Below the pieces are notes generated by a model. The model worked only from the letters and a program-made list of their open reading frames with translations, was not told the DNA's origin and made no database searches. Below are positions 38,563 through 48,653 of a stretch of DNA of 64,000 nucleotides, piece by piece (within the stretch, counting starts at the first letter, position 1; each line of letters starts with the position of its first letter). Both the position numbers and the translations under genes were made by a program. The DNA lies in assembly GCA_013289825.1 (NCBI GenBank), contig JABCZF010000018.1, positions 26,996 through 90,995 of the forward strand. Reading direction: 5' to 3'. This stretch comes from Acidobacteriota bacterium (GTDB taxonomy: Bacteria; Acidobacteriota; Terriglobia; Acidiferrales; UBA7541).

Positions 38563-38637
38563 ATGACCTCCCGGAGAGCACAGATTTCAGCCCGTGCCGT
38601 CAAAATATCCTGGCCTTCAAAGGTGCGGTTCGCCGGG

Positions 38638-40116
38638 TTAGAGCGCCTGCTCCCCCACCAAACTGTTCGGCGTCGCTCCCGTCACCTGAACCTGCACGTA
38701 CTTTCCCAGAAGCGCCTGCTCTTGGGAAGAGAAATTTATAACTCGATGGCACGAAGTATGTCCCGACCACTGGTTCTCGCGCCGCGATTTCCCGCTGACG
38801 AGCAGCTCGAAGCTCTCCCCAACCATCGTCAAGTGCCTGGCCGTCTGAATCTCCCGCTGTTTTTCCTGCAGCAAAGCCAACCTCCGGCTTTTCTCTTCTT
38901 CGCTGATCAAGTCGCTCATCGCTAGCGACGGCGTATGCGGCCTCGGCGAGTATTTGAACGAAAACATATTGTCGTACTTAACCGCATCGAGCAGGCTCAG
39001 TGTCTCGGCAAGATCTTCGTGGGTCTCCCCGGGGAACCCCACAATGACGTCCGTCGTGATGCTGATAGCGCGTTTCGCCCCACGGATCATCCGAATCTTC
39101 TCCAAATACTCTTCGCGACTGTAGGTCCTCTGCATGGCGCGCAAAACTCTGGTAGACCCAGATTGCACCGGCAAGTGTACGTGATTGCAAAGTTTCGGCT
39201 GTGAATCTATAGCATCCACAATGTCCTGAGTGAAGTCGCTCGGATGAGAAGTCGTAAACCGTACCCGCCGAATCCCCACCGCTTCCGCCACGGTCAGCAG
39301 CAACTCAGAAAACCGCATTTTTCTCGGCGTCGGGTCCTTGTAGGAATTTACGGTCTGCCCTAACAGCTGCACTTCGGAGTAACCCAGTTCCGCAAGCTGC
39401 CGCACCTCGCGCAAAATCGCATCGCTGGATCGGCTCCGTTCCGGTCCACGGGTGTAAGGCACGACGCAGTACGAACAAGCTTTGTCGCAACCTTCGATAA
39501 TCGTCAAATAAGCGCGCCAGGGATTGTCGCGCCGGGTCATCTCTGTCTCGAAGGTCTCGTCCGTGTCGGTGTCCAGTCCGGTCACGCGCTGATTCCCTGC
39601 CTCGACTTGCGCCAGCAGCTCCGGCAATTTGCTGTAACTCGCGGACCCGCACACCAAACTCACCCACGGCGCGCGTTTAAAAATCTCTTCGCCCTCCTGC
39701 TGCGCCACGCAACCCAGCACGCCGATAATCCGCCCGGCATTCTCGGTTAGGCCGAACTCCCCAAGCCGCGAGAAAACTTTCTGCGCCGCTTTCTCCCGAA
39801 TGCTGCAAGTATTGTAGAGAACCAGTGATGCCGACTCAGGCGACTCTACTTGCGTGTATCCCCTGGAGAGTAGGACACCCGCTACCTTCTCCGAGTCGTG
39901 ATCGTTCATCTGGCATCCAAAGGTCTCCAGAAAAAACGTGCCTCGCAACGCGCCCCGAATCGCATCCAGTTCCGAAGCCGTGGTCCTGGCGCCCGCGTGC
40001 GCGGCGCTACCCTCATTCCTCGAGGTGCCCCTGTGTATTGGTTTGATGGCCCTGCCGATGGGAAACTCAGATGCGCCCGTTAGTCTCTCGAGCCCGATGT
40101 CGAACGTTTTGCCCAT
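38638..40116 (-). CDS. miaB: tRNA methylthiotransferase MiaB (start uncertain)
   Basis: TFGCQMNDHDSE, NTCSIREKA, GCDKACSYC, RFTTSHP, TRAM tail. Confidence 0.96.
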   Translation of the reverse strand: MGKTFDIGLERLTGASEFPIGRAIKPIHRGTSRNEGSAAHAGARTTASELDAIRGALRGTFFLETFGCQMNDHDSEKVAGVLLSRGYTQVESPESASLVLYNTCSIREKAAQKVFSRLGEFGLTENAGRIIGVLGCVAQQEGEEIFKRAPWVSLVCGSASYSKLPELLAQVEAGNQRVTGLDTDTDETFETEMTRRDNPWRAYLTIIEGCDKACSYCVVPYTRGPERSRSSDAILREVRQLAELGYSEVQLLGQTVNSYKDPTPRKMRFSELLLTVAEAVGIRRVRFTTSHPSDFTQDIVDAIDSQPKLCNHVHLPVQSGSTRVLRAMQRTYSREEYLEKIRMIRGAKRAISITTDVIVGFPGETHEDLAETLSLLDAVKYDNMFSFKYSPRPHTPSLAMSDLISEEEKSRRLALLQEKQREIQTARHLTMVGESFELLVSGKSRRENQWSGHTSCHRVINFSSQEQALLGKYVQVQVTGATPNSLVGEQAL

Positions 40117-40334
40117 GCCCGCTTCGCAGTTTAACACACCTATCGGCCTCCGAACTTGAGCTCCGCCAACCTCCTCTAAGGCTAAACCAGCCCGCATACC
40201 GCGTTCCAGGCTGTATCCAAAGAGGCAGCTCCATCTTTAGCTTCTGCATCTCATTTGTTTTGACCACTCTTTAGGCGTGTGCTACGCTTTCTGAAGTCGG
40301 GAAAATTATTTCTATCTAACTGAGGGGTTCGATC

Positions 40335-41018
40335 ATTCTTCTGTCCGCTACGATTTTTATCGCCGATCTCGGTAACATTCTTGCGCAAACGGGCGTGGTT
40401 GCCCGTGGCATCTTGCTCCTGCTCGGGATTTTCTCCATCGTCTCCTGGGCGATGATCTTTCAGAAACTCGGCCTCTTTGGCCGCGTCCGCGGTCAAAGCG
40501 ACCAATTCCTGCGCATCTTTCGCGCCACCAAGGGCGTAGCCAATCCACAGGCACTTGCTTCGGCGGGCTCGCCCTTCGCATCCGTCTATGCCGCAGGCTA
40601 TCGCGAGCTCTTGAGCCAGGTGGGCACCGGCAATCCGCAACCAACTGGAAAACTGAAGAGCCTCCAGGCCGTCACGGTAAGCATGCAACTCGCTTCCTCC
40701 GAAGAAGTCCGCCGCGTTGAAAAGGGCATGTCCTGGCTGGCTACAACCGGTTCCGTAACTCCCTTCATCGGCCTCTTCGGCACCGTTTGGGGCATCATAG
40801 ACGCCTTTTCAGGCCTCGGGAATGCCGGCGCGGCCAGCCTCCGCGCCGTGGCCCCAGGCATCGCCGAAGCGCTTATCACCACCGCCGCCGGGCTCTTCGT
40901 AGCCATCCCGGCGGTGATCTTCTACAACCACTTTTTGCAGAGCATCCGCGATCTGGCGCAACGCCTCGACACTTTTGCGCTGGAAGTCGGAGCACAAATC
41001 GAAAAAACTTTTACGTAG
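40335..41018 (+). CDS. tolQ: TolQ (MotA/TolQ/ExbB family); likely non-canonical ATT/ATC start, first canonical GTG at 40395
   Basis: TPFIGLFGTVWGI, VAPGIAEALITTAAGL. Confidence 0.93.
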   Translation: MLLSATIFIADLGNILAQTGVVARGILLLLGIFSIVSWAMIFQKLGLFGRVRGQSDQFLRIFRATKGVANPQALASAGSPFASVYAAGYRELLSQVGTGNPQPTGKLKSLQAVTVSMQLASSEEVRRVEKGMSWLATTGSVTPFIGLFGTVWGIIDAFSGLGNAGAASLRAVAPGIAEALITTAAGLFVAIPAVIFYNHFLQSIRDLAQRLDTFALEVGAQIEKTFT

Positions 41019-41057
41019 GCTTTTGCGGCTGCCAGCCCTCGGCCGGCACGGAAAACT

Positions 41058-41477
41058 ATGGCGCAACTCTCCAAACAAACGCAGAGCACGCTTTCCGAGA
41101 TCAACATGGTCCCGTTCATCGACGTTGTTCTCGTCTTGCTCATCATTTTCATGATCACTGCCCCCATCCTGCAGTCTGGCATCGAAGTGGACGTCCCCAA
41201 AACGACCACCGTAAAGGAAATCAACGAGCCGCGCCTGGTCATCACCATCGACAAGACCCAGCGCATCTATCTCGGCGACGCTCCCGTCAATATTCACCAG
41301 CTCGGCTCGTTGGTGCGCGCGCAGCTCAAAAAGCCGCAAGACTCCGTTTTTCTTCGCGCCGACGAAACAATTCCCTTCGGCACTTTCGCCAAGGTCATCG
41401 ATACTTTGCGGCAATCCGGCGTCAGTAACATTAGTATTGTCACGGAGCCCCTAACGGAACGCGCCCGCACGCGCTAG
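41058..41477 (+). CDS. tolR: TolR/ExbD
   Basis: EINMVPFIDVVLVLLIIFMITAP, LRAD. Confidence 0.95.
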   Translation: MAQLSKQTQSTLSEINMVPFIDVVLVLLIIFMITAPILQSGIEVDVPKTTTVKEINEPRLVITIDKTQRIYLGDAPVNIHQLGSLVRAQLKKPQDSVFLRADETIPFGTFAKVIDTLRQSGVSNISIVTEPLTERARTR

Positions 41478-41494
41478 TCCAATATGTGCTGAAA

Positions 41495-42298
41495 ATGACC
41501 ACCGCCGTTGCCAATCCGGAAGAACTCGACCTCCGAAAGTTCCTCGTCTATTCCGTGATTCTTCACGTGTTCCTGGTCCTGTGGATCGCGGTTTCCATTT
41601 ATCTTCAGATGAGAGGTCCCGAGTGGAGCGGAATTGGCGGCACGGAAGGCAGCGTCAACGTAAAACTTGTGGGCCCGGCGGCCGGAATCCCCATGCCCCC
41701 GAAGCCCATCGTCACGGAGAGCAAGGCCGTCGATCCGACGCAAGGTCTATGGAAAGAAGACCCCAAACCCAAGCCTCCGGAGCCCAAGACGCCAGCCGAA
41801 AAAATTCCCACTTTCAAAAACGAAAAACCCAAGCCGATTTCGCATCCGTCCAAGGTTGACGAACCCAAAGTTCCGCCTCCTCCCAACGCTGTTGACTACG
41901 GAAAGGGCGGCTCGCCGAATCTTCCGAGCAGCTACGCGACCACACCCGGCGGCGGTTCCGGCCCTGTCACCATACCAGGCCAGGGCGGCGGCGATTTCGC
42001 TTCGCGTTACGCCTGGTACATCGAAGGTGTGCGCCGCAGCGTCGCGCAGAATTGGCTGCAGTCCACGATTGACCAAAACGTTCGCGCCGCGCGCCAAGCC
42101 CATTGCGTGATGACTTTCCGCATCAATCGTGACGGGAGTGTCCGCAACATCCAGATGTCGCAATCCAGCGGCAATCTCTCGATGGATAATTCAGCACGCC
42201 GCGCACTGGACGGTATCCACTTCGGTCCATTGCCCAATGACTACAGCGGCAGCGGCGTAGATGTCATATTCGATTTCGACCTGTCCTTGACACACTAA
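41495..42298 (+). CDS. tolA: TolA/TonB-family protein
   Basis: TM SVILH, Pro/Lys-rich linker, C-terminal SSG...D.SA.RA; position in operon. Confidence 0.88.
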   Translation: MTTAVANPEELDLRKFLVYSVILHVFLVLWIAVSIYLQMRGPEWSGIGGTEGSVNVKLVGPAAGIPMPPKPIVTESKAVDPTQGLWKEDPKPKPPEPKTPAEKIPTFKNEKPKPISHPSKVDEPKVPPPPNAVDYGKGGSPNLPSSYATTPGGGSGPVTIPGQGGGDFASRYAWYIEGVRRSVAQNWLQSTIDQNVRAARQAHCVMTFRINRDGSVRNIQMSQSSGNLSMDNSARRALDGIHFGPLPNDYSGSGVDVIFDFDLSLTH

Positions 42299-42347
42299 GC
42301 CGCCCCGTCCTTTGCATTCTGCGCGGCATGGAAAACCGGAGGTAAGA

Positions 42348-43700
42348 TTGCTAGTGAAGTCCAAACACTTTAGTTGGCTGGTCGTCGTAGCCGTTCTATG
42401 TTTTGCCGCAAGTCCCCTACGTGCACAACAGGGACAGGAGCCATGGTTCCGGACAGGCACGGGCCTCGGCGTCGATAAGATTCGCCTGGCCGTAGCCGAC
42501 TTCGGCCCGCGTGCCGACAGCGCAAAAACCCACTCTCAGCAATTCACCCAAATCGTGCGCGATGACCTGGCCTTCAGCGGCATCCTCGATTTCGTCAGCC
42601 CGAGCTTTTACCCAGCGCAATCGCCCACGCAGCCCTCCGAACTCCAAAACGCCGCCTGGACCGATCCCCAGGTTAACGCCCACTACGTCGCCTTTGGCAA
42701 TCTCTCAGAAACCACGTCTGAAGTCGCTATCCAAGCCTGGCTCTACGACGTCACCAGCCCTTCCTCCCAGTCCGTAGTCGGCAAGATCTATCGCGGCGCC
42801 CCCACCGACGCGCAAGTCCGCAAGTTTGCCCACCAGTTCGCCGATGAAATCATCAGCAAACTCTCAGGCGGCCTCCCCGGCGTCGCCTCCACGCAAATCG
42901 CCTTCATCAGTTCCCGCACCGGCTCCAAAGAAGTCTGGCTCATGGATTACGACGGAGCCAACCAGCACCCGCTAACATCTCTCCGCACCATCTCGCTCAT
43001 GCCCCGCTGGTCCCCAGACGATTCGCGCATCACCTTCACCTGCTATCAACCCGTAAGCGGCGTGGTAAGCGCGCAAATCTGCATGTACTCCATGGACGCC
43101 GGCAAAGTCATCTCCTTCCCGCGCTTCCACGGCACAAACAGCGCTGCCGCCTGGTCCCCCGACGGCACGCAGCTCATTTTCTCCTCCTCTATGGCAGGTA
43201 ATCCGGAACTCTACTTAACCGACATAAACGGCAGCAAACCCAAGCGCCTCACGTTTTCTACGGGCGGCAGCACCTCTCCCACGTGGAATCCCAAAACAGG
43301 CCAATCTGTCGTCTTCGTCAGCGACCGCGGCGGCATCCCCAAGCTCTATATGATGAACGCCGACGGCACCAACGTCATCACCCTCGATCTCCCTGACAAG
43401 GGCTATCTCATCGATCCTGCCTGGTCTCCCAACGGCCAGTTGCTGGCCTTTAGCTGGCGCCGTCCCAGCGGCAACTATGATATTTACGTCATGGAACCTA
43501 CTTCGCAGCAAATTGTCGAACTCACCCGCGATGAAGGCCGCAACGAGCGCCCCAGCTGGGCCCCCGACGGTCGTCACCTGGTCTTCGAATCCACCCGCGC
43601 CGGCCCGCGCCAAATCTGGACCATGCTGGCCGACGGCTCCCAGGCTCACCAGCTCACTACCGACGGTCACAACGAGTCGCCCAACTGGTCGCCAAAGTAA
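42348..43700 (+). CDS. tolB: TolB beta-propeller protein
   Basis: AHQFADEI, MDYDG, repeated WSPDG/PD40 motifs. Confidence 0.97.
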   Translation: MLVKSKHFSWLVVVAVLCFAASPLRAQQGQEPWFRTGTGLGVDKIRLAVADFGPRADSAKTHSQQFTQIVRDDLAFSGILDFVSPSFYPAQSPTQPSELQNAAWTDPQVNAHYVAFGNLSETTSEVAIQAWLYDVTSPSSQSVVGKIYRGAPTDAQVRKFAHQFADEIISKLSGGLPGVASTQIAFISSRTGSKEVWLMDYDGANQHPLTSLRTISLMPRWSPDDSRITFTCYQPVSGVVSAQICMYSMDAGKVISFPRFHGTNSAAAWSPDGTQLIFSSSMAGNPELYLTDINGSKPKRLTFSTGGSTSPTWNPKTGQSVVFVSDRGGIPKLYMMNADGTNVITLDLPDKGYLIDPAWSPNGQLLAFSWRRPSGNYDIYVMEPTSQQIVELTRDEGRNERPSWAPDGRHLVFESTRAGPRQIWTMLADGSQAHQLTTDGHNESPNWSPK

Positions 43701-43959
43701 TCTCAAAGAGCGGTGAACTTACTGCCAGGAAGAAATTGAGCCGAAACTTTCCGCCCGTCCCGCGCATCACAAGTTGCGGTTGCCATTTTTTCTGACCCAT
43801 GGTTTTTTGCCGTTGCTTCTTGCGATTTGCTGTCGCATTTGTCTGTGTACGATGTATAATATATCGTGCTACGATGTATTTCCCTAACCCAGCCCGCTAG
43901 TGATAGGATGATGGCTCTGGTGGGACGAACAAGGGATTCTTACGCTGAGGAGGATTCGA

Positions 43960-44715
43960 ATGATTCGGGTTTCTAGCTCTCTGTACCGCGGGGCCATTCT
44001 CACTGCCATGCTCGCTCTTGCTTTTGTAGCGGGTTGCAAAAAAAAGCCGCCAGCAGCACCGCCGCCGCCGCCACCGCCACCACCTGTGGCAACTCGCCCG
44101 ACGGTATCGCTGCAGGCCAGCCCCACCTCGGTTAACAAGGGCGATTCCACGACCCTGAGCTGGACTTCCACGGACGCCACGCAGCTCACCATTTCACCTG
44201 ATGTCGGCGCCGTCACGGCGCAAGGCTCAACCAAAGTCACTCCGTCGGATTCCACGACCTACACGATTACCGCCAGCGGTCCCGGCGGCTCGGCCGACTC
44301 CAGCGCACGCGTCACCGTCTCTGCGCCGCCTCCGCCACCGCCACCGCAACAAACCGGGCCCTCGATCAGGGACCTGTTCATGAGAGATGTGAAGGACGCA
44401 TTCTTCGACTTCAACAAAGCTGATATCCGAGCTGATGCGCGCGACGCTCTCGGTAAGACTGCCGAGTTCCTGCGCAATCACCCGGAAGTCAAAGTAACCA
44501 TCGAAGGCCACTGCGACGAACGGGGCTCCACCGAATACAACCTCGTCCTCGGCGATCGCCGCGCTGCTGCCGTCAAGAGCTACCTGGTCTCGCTCGGCAT
44601 CTCTGCAGACCGTATGACCACGACGAGCTTGGGTAAGGAGAGGCCCTTCTGCACGGAAAGCAATGAGGAATGCTGGCAGAGAAACCGCGTCGGCCACTTC
44701 GTCATGGTCGAGTAA
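43960..44715 (+). CDS. pal: Peptidoglycan-associated lipoprotein Pal with extra Ig-like N-domain
   Basis: Lipobox VAGC, FFDFNK, IEGHCDERGS.EYN..LG.RRA, NR. Confidence 0.96.
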   Translation: MIRVSSSLYRGAILTAMLALAFVAGCKKKPPAAPPPPPPPPPVATRPTVSLQASPTSVNKGDSTTLSWTSTDATQLTISPDVGAVTAQGSTKVTPSDSTTYTITASGPGGSADSSARVTVSAPPPPPPPQQTGPSIRDLFMRDVKDAFFDFNKADIRADARDALGKTAEFLRNHPEVKVTIEGHCDERGSTEYNLVLGDRRAAAVKSYLVSLGISADRMTTTSLGKERPFCTESNEECWQRNRVGHFVMVE

Positions 44716-44749
44716 CTCGCGGATAACCTCGTAACTGTTCGATGACCGA

Positions 44750-44793
44750 CAGAGCCGCGTGCCCGAGCAATCTCTTGCTCGCGCGCGGCTCTG
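44750..44793. other. Stable stem-loop between pal and cpoB
   Basis: CAGAGCCGCG...CGCGGCTCTG inverted repeat with inner GAGCAA/TTGCTC. Confidence 0.5.
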
Positions 44794-44920
44794 CCGTTAA
44801 AGTGAATAAAGAGCAGCTTGGTTCCAGACATGCCGGCCGCTCACCGATTACCATCTAGCGCGCTCTTCCCTGGCCTGAACCTTCGTCCGAGAAGCAGACG
44901 CATCTGAGGAGGTCTTTTTC

Positions 44921-45841
44921 ATGAAAATCCGCACCATCGTCATTTTTGCCGCCGCCGTTTTTGCCGGGGCGCTCGGCGGGAGCCTCATCGGGCCACGCCC
45001 CGCGGAAGCCGTGGCCCGCGAAATCATCGACCTGCAGCGAGACGTCACCACGCTTCTGCAAGGTCAGAAGGACATGTCCACGCAAATTACGCAGGACCAT
45101 ACGGTCCTGAAGACTCTTGTCGAGCAAGCCAGCGACAATGTTGGCAAACTGAACGCCACCATGGGCTCCGTCCAGAAGTCCGTGCAAGACGTGCAAGCCA
45201 ACTCCGGCGCCCGTCTGGACACTATGTCCACCCAGGTTCAAGGGCTTTCCGACAATCTTGAAGAAATCAAATCCCGCCTCGGCAAACTAAATCAGCAGCT
45301 CGTCGATCTGCAAAGCGCCGTTCAAAGCATCGACTCCAAGGTCTCCGGCGCGGCCCCGGCCAGCACAACTCCCAATACCAACCCGAGGCCCTCGAATGAC
45401 GTATCTTCCAATTCCGCTCCCCCCGCGGGTGGCCCCCCGCCCACGCCATCCGCCGACATGCTCTATTCCAACGGCCTGCGCGATATCACCAGTGGCAAAT
45501 ACGATTTAGCCCGCCAGGAATTTCAGGACTACCTGAAGTATTACGCCGAGACCGATCTGGCCTCGAATGCCCAATTCTATCTCGGCGAAATTGCCTACCA
45601 CCAGAAGCAATATCAGGATGCCGTCGCCGAATACGACAAGGTGCTCACCGTTTACCCGAAAAGCTTCAAGCTCGCTCCGGCTCGCCTAAGGAAGGGTATG
45701 GCGCTGCTCGATCTCGGTCAGAAGTCTGCCGGAGTCCGCGAACTGCGCGAGGTCGTCCGCCGCTACCCTGGTACGGAAGAAGAGCGCGCGGCCCGTGCCA
45801 AACTCAAAGAACTCGGTGTAGCTGTCACCGTTGCACGCTAG
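44921..45841 (+). CDS. cpoB: Tol-Pal associated CpoB/YbgF
   Basis: Signal peptide, coiled coil, TPR (ASNAQFYLGE). Confidence 0.93.
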   Translation: MKIRTIVIFAAAVFAGALGGSLIGPRPAEAVAREIIDLQRDVTTLLQGQKDMSTQITQDHTVLKTLVEQASDNVGKLNATMGSVQKSVQDVQANSGARLDTMSTQVQGLSDNLEEIKSRLGKLNQQLVDLQSAVQSIDSKVSGAAPASTTPNTNPRPSNDVSSNSAPPAGGPPPTPSADMLYSNGLRDITSGKYDLARQEFQDYLKYYAETDLASNAQFYLGEIAYHQKQYQDAVAEYDKVLTVYPKSFKLAPARLRKGMALLDLGQKSAGVRELREVVRRYPGTEEERAARAKLKELGVAVTVAR

Positions 45842-45932
45842 CTGGATTTTCCTTCCGTCCCGATCTCACTCCCCGCTTCGACTTCTCGCCCAGCCCACCG
45901 TCGTTTCCTTCGCTGCCCTGCTTCCCGAAGCC

Positions 45933-46892
45933 CTACTCTACCCCAATCAACAATCGATCTATCCGCTTGCTCACATCGCGCAAATAGGCCTCCTCCCCTC
46001 CATCCAATTCCGCAATCACGCTTCCCGAATAACCAATCTCCGCAAATGCTCGCCGCACCGCCGCCCAATCCACATCGCCATCACCGAGGTTCACCCAAGC
46101 GTATCCGCCCTCTTTGCGTTTGAAGTCTTTCAAATGCACCTTGTAAAGGCTCTTCCCGAGCGTCCGAATCCAATCCTGCGGATACCCATAAAGCACCACA
46201 TTTCCCACGTCAAACCAAGCCTTGATCCACGGAGTCCGAAACTCGCCGATGTAGTTCTCCATCTCCAAGGGACTCAGCAGAAACTTGTTCCATACCTCTT
46301 CGATGGCAATCACCACCTTCAGCTCGGCAGCCATCGGCAGCAGTTTGCGAATCTCTTTCTGCGAACGCGTCCACGCATCGCGGTAAGACGTCTCCGCATT
46401 CACCACTGCCGGAACCAGCAACACCGCATCCGAGCCCCACAATTTCGCATTGTGCAGCGACGTCTTCATCCCCTCGATGCTCTTCGCCACCACCGCGGCG
46501 TCGCTCGACGACAGCGGATATTTCCAATGGTCCATGTTCATCACAGAGTCGATCCGAATGTTCGCAGCGTCTGCAGCCTTCTTAATCTCTTCCGCCTCGT
46601 GCTGGTCCGGTGTAGTCGGCACCTGCACCACCTCAAATCCCACGCCCCTTGCCAACTTGAACCGATCCGTATAGCTCAAGCTGCTAGGCAGCATGCCAAA
46701 AACCAAACCCTTCTTGAGCGGTAGGGCAGCAGAAGTCTCGAAAGCGGCCGCCCGCGAACTCGTCAATCCTTTCGGAGCCGGCCCGCGAACCCCTGAGATC
46801 AGCCCGCCAGCCAATCCTCCGCCGCCGATCCCCGACACCCACGCCGCCGCAACTCCCGCCTTCAGAAACTCCCGCCGCGCTATCCTCCGCAT
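45933..46892 (-). CDS. Sugar phosphate isomerase/epimerase (TIM barrel), Tat signal
   Basis: RREFLK, IEEVWNKFLLSP, FDVGN, HLKDF. Confidence 0.92.
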   Translation of the reverse strand: MRRIARREFLKAGVAAAWVSGIGGGGLAGGLISGVRGPAPKGLTSSRAAAFETSAALPLKKGLVFGMLPSSLSYTDRFKLARGVGFEVVQVPTTPDQHEAEEIKKAADAANIRIDSVMNMDHWKYPLSSSDAAVVAKSIEGMKTSLHNAKLWGSDAVLLVPAVVNAETSYRDAWTRSQKEIRKLLPMAAELKVVIAIEEVWNKFLLSPLEMENYIGEFRTPWIKAWFDVGNVVLYGYPQDWIRTLGKSLYKVHLKDFKRKEGGYAWVNLGDGDVDWAAVRRAFAEIGYSGSVIAELDGGEEAYLRDVSKRIDRLLIGVE

Positions 46893-46960
46893 CATCACTC
46901 CTTTTCTCTCTTCACTGCTGCCTTCTGTGCCCTCAGCGATCCCTCGGTAAACTGTTTCTT

Positions 46961-48265
46961 TCATCCCAATTTGTTCAAATCAATCTTCGAATCCCAAACC
47001 TCATGCGACTTCATCTGCTCGTCCCATGTCACTTCGCGCCCCGTGTACGCCGCAGTCCGCGCCAGCATGCACGAAAGCGCCGATTCCGCTCCCTTCGCCG
47101 CCTGATTGTGAAAATTCCCGGTGGTGATGCTCTCCACGAACGCCTTCTTCTTCTCCGCATCCGCAAACTCCAGATTCGAAGTGAACTTCCCCGTTGCCGA
47201 AAACCCTTGCGAATCCTTCTCCGGCGTCAACGGCGTCTGCCATGGCTCATCGCCCCAAATTCCCAGCGGCCCCGAATACGGCGACTGCGAAGTCCCCTTG
47301 GTCCCAAAGAATCGCTCGGTAACGTCCCACCAACCCTTGGCAAACTGTGTGGAGCTGAAGGTCACATCAACCCCATCCGGGTAGGTAAACACCACGTTGT
47401 AATTCCCGAACACGTCTCCATCCGTAGGCCGGCCCAGCCGCCCGCCTGTCCCTGCACACTTCACCGGGTGCGCTTTCATGATCCAGTTGCAGATATCAAT
47501 CACATGAATGTTTTGCTCCACGATGATGTCGCCCGAAAGCACGCGGTCATACACCCAGTTCCGCAACCGTCGCTCTGTCGGGGACGCCCCAGCCCACGCC
47601 GGCCGGTCCAAATATCCCGAGAGATAATGCGCCTCGCCGCAAACAATATTCCCCAGCGCCCCGCCATGAATTCGCTTCACCAACTCCACAAATGGCGGAC
47701 AATCACGAATCTGAAATCCCACATCCAAACTCAACTTCCCTTCTGCCCGCTTCCCAATCTCCACCACCTTCTTCGCGCCCGGCACGTCCACCGCCACCGG
47801 CTTCTCCAAATAGACGTGCTTCCCGCCAGCGACCACCGCCTCCAAATGCTGTGGATGGAAATACGGCGGCGAAGCCACCACGATCGCATCCACTTCCTTC
47901 GAAGCCGCAATCTGCTCGAAGGCCTTCGGCCCAACAAAAAGCTGCGACGCATCTATCGCTGCATACCCTTTGCCCGACTGCTTCTTGTCGAACGCCGCCC
48001 GCGCCGTATCCAACTGATCCTGAAACATATCCGCAAGCGCCACAACACGTGCCCCACCCGTCTCCACCAGGTTCGTCGCGTCCTCCGTCCCACGCCCGCC
48101 GCAACCCAGCAGTCCTACACGCACCGCCGAGTTCGCCGCCGACCCACGCACCAGCCCCGCGGGAATAAACAGCACCCCTCCCGCCGCCGCAGCTACACCT
48201 CCAATAAACTCCCGTCGGTGAATGTCCCTGCCAAACTCCGCTCCGTGTTTCTCATCGCCTACCAT
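46961..48265 (-). CDS. Gfo/Idh/MocA oxidoreductase, Tat signal
   Basis: RREFIG, GCGGRG, YLEKPVA, EQNIH. Confidence 0.95.
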   Translation of the reverse strand: MVGDEKHGAEFGRDIHRREFIGGVAAAAGGVLFIPAGLVRGSAANSAVRVGLLGCGGRGTEDATNLVETGGARVVALADMFQDQLDTARAAFDKKQSGKGYAAIDASQLFVGPKAFEQIAASKEVDAIVVASPPYFHPQHLEAVVAGGKHVYLEKPVAVDVPGAKKVVEIGKRAEGKLSLDVGFQIRDCPPFVELVKRIHGGALGNIVCGEAHYLSGYLDRPAWAGASPTERRLRNWVYDRVLSGDIIVEQNIHVIDICNWIMKAHPVKCAGTGGRLGRPTDGDVFGNYNVVFTYPDGVDVTFSSTQFAKGWWDVTERFFGTKGTSQSPYSGPLGIWGDEPWQTPLTPEKDSQGFSATGKFTSNLEFADAEKKKAFVESITTGNFHNQAAKGAESALSCMLARTAAYTGREVTWDEQMKSHEVWDSKIDLNKLG

Positions 48266-48653
48266 GTGCCCTCCTAATTCCGTGTAAGGACCACCTTCAG
48301 CCTGCCCAAGCTACCGCGAGGCGGCTCAGTTCACAACCCTTGCAGTTACCCCCCAATTCCGGCCGCTAATCCCCGGTTATTGGGCTGGCCTCAAGCCCGG
48401 CCCGCGCACCACCCTCCCCGGTTTTGCCCCGGTGTGCTCGCCATTACTCAGTACCTGAACGCCGTTGACGAACACATGCTCGCCCCCCGTCGAGCACTGG
48501 CGGGCGTAACCACAAAAAACAGCGCAGCAAACAAACCTTAAACAAGCTTGCCCACAGTTTCCTGTCTCCTGAAACCCGGCTCAAATGCAGCCCAGAGCAG
48601 CATTCCGTTGCGTCGAGGTTCTTGAACCTTGGAAATTTAAAACTTACTGCCAT

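Noticed and set aside
44050-44090. CCG/CCA tandem repeats
   Set aside because: Simply encode the poly-proline linker of Pal
45831-48277. Long + strand ORFs (297 and 424 aa)
   Set aside because: Antisense shadows of the epimerase and Gfo/Idh/MocA genes; low-complexity P/H/R composition caused by strand skew
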